Assembly: GCA_040220235.1 (NCBI GenBank) | Contig: JAVJTO010000064.1 | Direction: 5' to 3' (one strand) | Origin: Coleofasciculus sp. B1-GNL1-01 | GTDB lineage: Bacteria; Cyanobacteriota; Cyanobacteriia; Cyanobacteriales; Coleofasciculaceae | DNA: 64,000 nucleotides | In this document: positions 63,201 to 64,000 of the stretch, piece by piece | How the letters are laid out: each line of letters opens with the position of its first letter | How positions within the stretch are numbered: the first letter of the stretch is position 1 | Position numbers and translations under genes: made by a program | Notes under the pieces: generated by a model | Seen by the model: only the letters and a program-made list of their open reading frames with translations | Told to the model about the DNA's origin: nothing | Database searches by the model: none

Positions 63201-64000
63201 CGTCCAGTTATAGAATGGGCAACTGAACTCACACCATGGGACAATCTTATAGAAAAGGTTCGTTCGCTTTGGGGAGATCAATGGGTGTGCTTCCATCTAG
63301 CAAATGTTAGCAGTGGAATAAAGTCTAAAAGTGAAACCTGTACAGACTTCCCTGAACTTTTTGATCACTCAAAGCCTCTATGCCGACGCACGCGCTATGC
63401 AAGGTTGAGAGCTGGCACAGTACGTTGGTGGCAAACACAATTTGACCAACTGCGTAATGAAACAGATGTAATGTTCATCCTGTTAATTCTTCTAAGTTGG
63501 GGCAGTAGCAAGACGCTCACTAAGTTGTCTAGTCGGATTGATGATTTTCTCAAAGAAATATCTGATGAAAACTGGAATCGTTTATACATTTCTATAGAAG
63601 AAGCTGTCAAATTAACCCAGGATTCGAGTGATCGTTTACGTTTAGTGGTCTTTGACATGAATTCCCTACCCAGCTCTTTAAGTCCAAGGACTGTTACTTT
63701 ACTAAGTGTTCGTGCGAAAGAGCAAAATCAAGAGAAGCTGTACTCCAAGTACCTGAGCCAATATGATGGTTGTGACTTATTAACACTCCAATTTTGCCAA
63801 AGGATAGCATTAGACTTGCTTAACTCCAGTAAAACAAATTGGGATTCTGTTCGCGAAGTTATCCAGAAAAGCTATAAAAAGGGTGCAATTTCTGAAAGAT
63901 ACGCTTTTCATCAATTTGTTCGTCAATCTGCACAAAATCCTCTTCCTGAAAAAATTGCTCAAGAAATTGCTCAAGAACCAGACCAATATCCTGGATTTCT
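60225..64000 (+). CDS. Mrr-like/PD-(D/E)xK nuclease-NACHT NTPase (bNACHT/Avs-like), 3' end beyond the window
   Basis: Partial hand translation from ATG 60225: QEFCQSLL, PDGGRD, FQVKF; in-frame GAPGQGKST (~61113), VFDGLDEV (~61482), VTSRP, ARNPMQL, EFEVQPLREYFAA; same frame at the window end. Confidence 0.88.
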   Translation, partial: MNYPFENLDPEKIQEFCQSLLIKEFPDVQCFPVAQPDGGRDALAYLGGDRYPNDFIMFQVKFNRRPQAEKDPHKWLVKILEGEAPKLKKQIAKGAKRFVLMTNVAGTAHPDSGSLDKVNNLLNNEFGVPSFCWWRDDLSRRLDDAWNLKWAYPELMTGADLIRSVIESSLSENKERRTSAIRAFVKDQFLTDQVVRFKQVDLQNRLLDLFIDVPITPPHSATTREQRYRYHHIHQYVTYITRSQQGTGIVDREDINSLPDINRRFYLGREEKDTLGAATLLLHPIMQEKVPWIVLEGAPGQGKSTITQYLCQVHRMRVLGDDEVLRTLPEDHKDEVLETLPESHRSSPVRLPFKVDLRDLAAWLAGKNPFSLENGNEPPPDWRKSLETFLAAQVRHCSGGSEFSVDDLRAVARLSPLLLVFDGLDEVADIGRRQEVVKEIVSGVNRLEAVSLQVVVTSRPAAFANSPGLPEDKFPYYQLDAVTPPLITEYAEKWLKARKLQDRESADVKKILREKLDQPHLRDLARNPMQLTILLSLIHTRGSSLPDKRTALYDSYVELFFNRESEKSAVVREHRDLLIDIHRYLAWILHAEAEQEGGSGSITEDKLHKLLSEYLATEGYEPSLSKKLFTGMVERVVALVSRVEGTYEFEVQPLREYFAARYLYETAPYSPSGGEQSGTKPDRFDAIARNFYWLNVTRFYAGCYSKGELPSLIDRLQELTEVEGYRLISHPRILAATLLSDWVFTQHPKSVQAVVELILDGMGLRYILPSNSRRIGQGNPVILPKNCGKDELIKHCFAILGDTPTKDYALDIIDLVKANASSEEIAKLWFGGVVTQKGSKRTQWLEYGLYLGVLAKLTLADLRTALADDPNDPERLNLLFRARRIDYCEAKEDRFNAAIQAILNRDFMVERRRRVQFCLDLLSHALDTARYAVAFSLPRPVPLFECWERNFWLNGGSLSIRDLDRTNIKNPPVFPEVTKCYDIADTAQMESQRPVIEWATELTPWDNLIEKVRSLWGDQWVCFHLANVSSGIKSKSETCTDFPELFDHSKPLCRRTRYARLRAGTVRWWQTQFDQLRNETDVMFILLILLSWGSSKTLTKLSSRIDDFLKEISDENWNRLYISIEEAVKLTQDSSDRLRLVVFDMNSLPSSLSPRTVTLLSVRAKEQNQEKLYSKYLSQYDGCDLLTLQFCQRIALDLLNSSKTNWDSVREVIQKSYKKGAISERYAFHQFVRQSAQNPLPEKIAQEIAQEPDQYPGF

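Noticed and set aside
60043..63658. Short ORFs listed in the last 4 kb
   Set aside because: Mostly shadow ORFs overlapping the long NACHT frame; none has recognisable motifs

Overview
Cyanobacterial chromosomal window; frequent HIP1 GCGATCGC sites and heptamer/REP-like repeats suggest a filamentous oscillatorian-type genome. 0.4-20 kb (minus strand): larE, prfA and the full cyanobacterial rplC-to-rpmE ribosomal cluster including secY, adk, infA, rpoA and truA. An IscB omegaRNA/HEARO-like remnant appears to sit between rplF and rplR, and a long structured leader precedes rplC. 20.8-27.5 kb: AT-rich defence-like island with a split TGT/DUF5591 gene, a split DpdJ-like DEAD/DUF1998 helicase, DUF262 and HEPN. 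28-49.6 kb: gyrA and assorted genes, including a pseudo-caspase and a UrtA-GAF-histidine kinase behind a canonical NtcA promoter. 50-64 kb: accessory region with repeat-delimited TA/restriction cassettes, an NB-ARC NLR whose N-terminal G/N/Q/S-rich motif is shared with the adjacent small gene (candidate amyloid-signalling pair, the most striking signal), SpoIID, Uma2, and a large Mrr-like nuclease-NACHT gene missing from the ORF track because it runs off the window. All family assignments come from motif recognition; no database searches were run.
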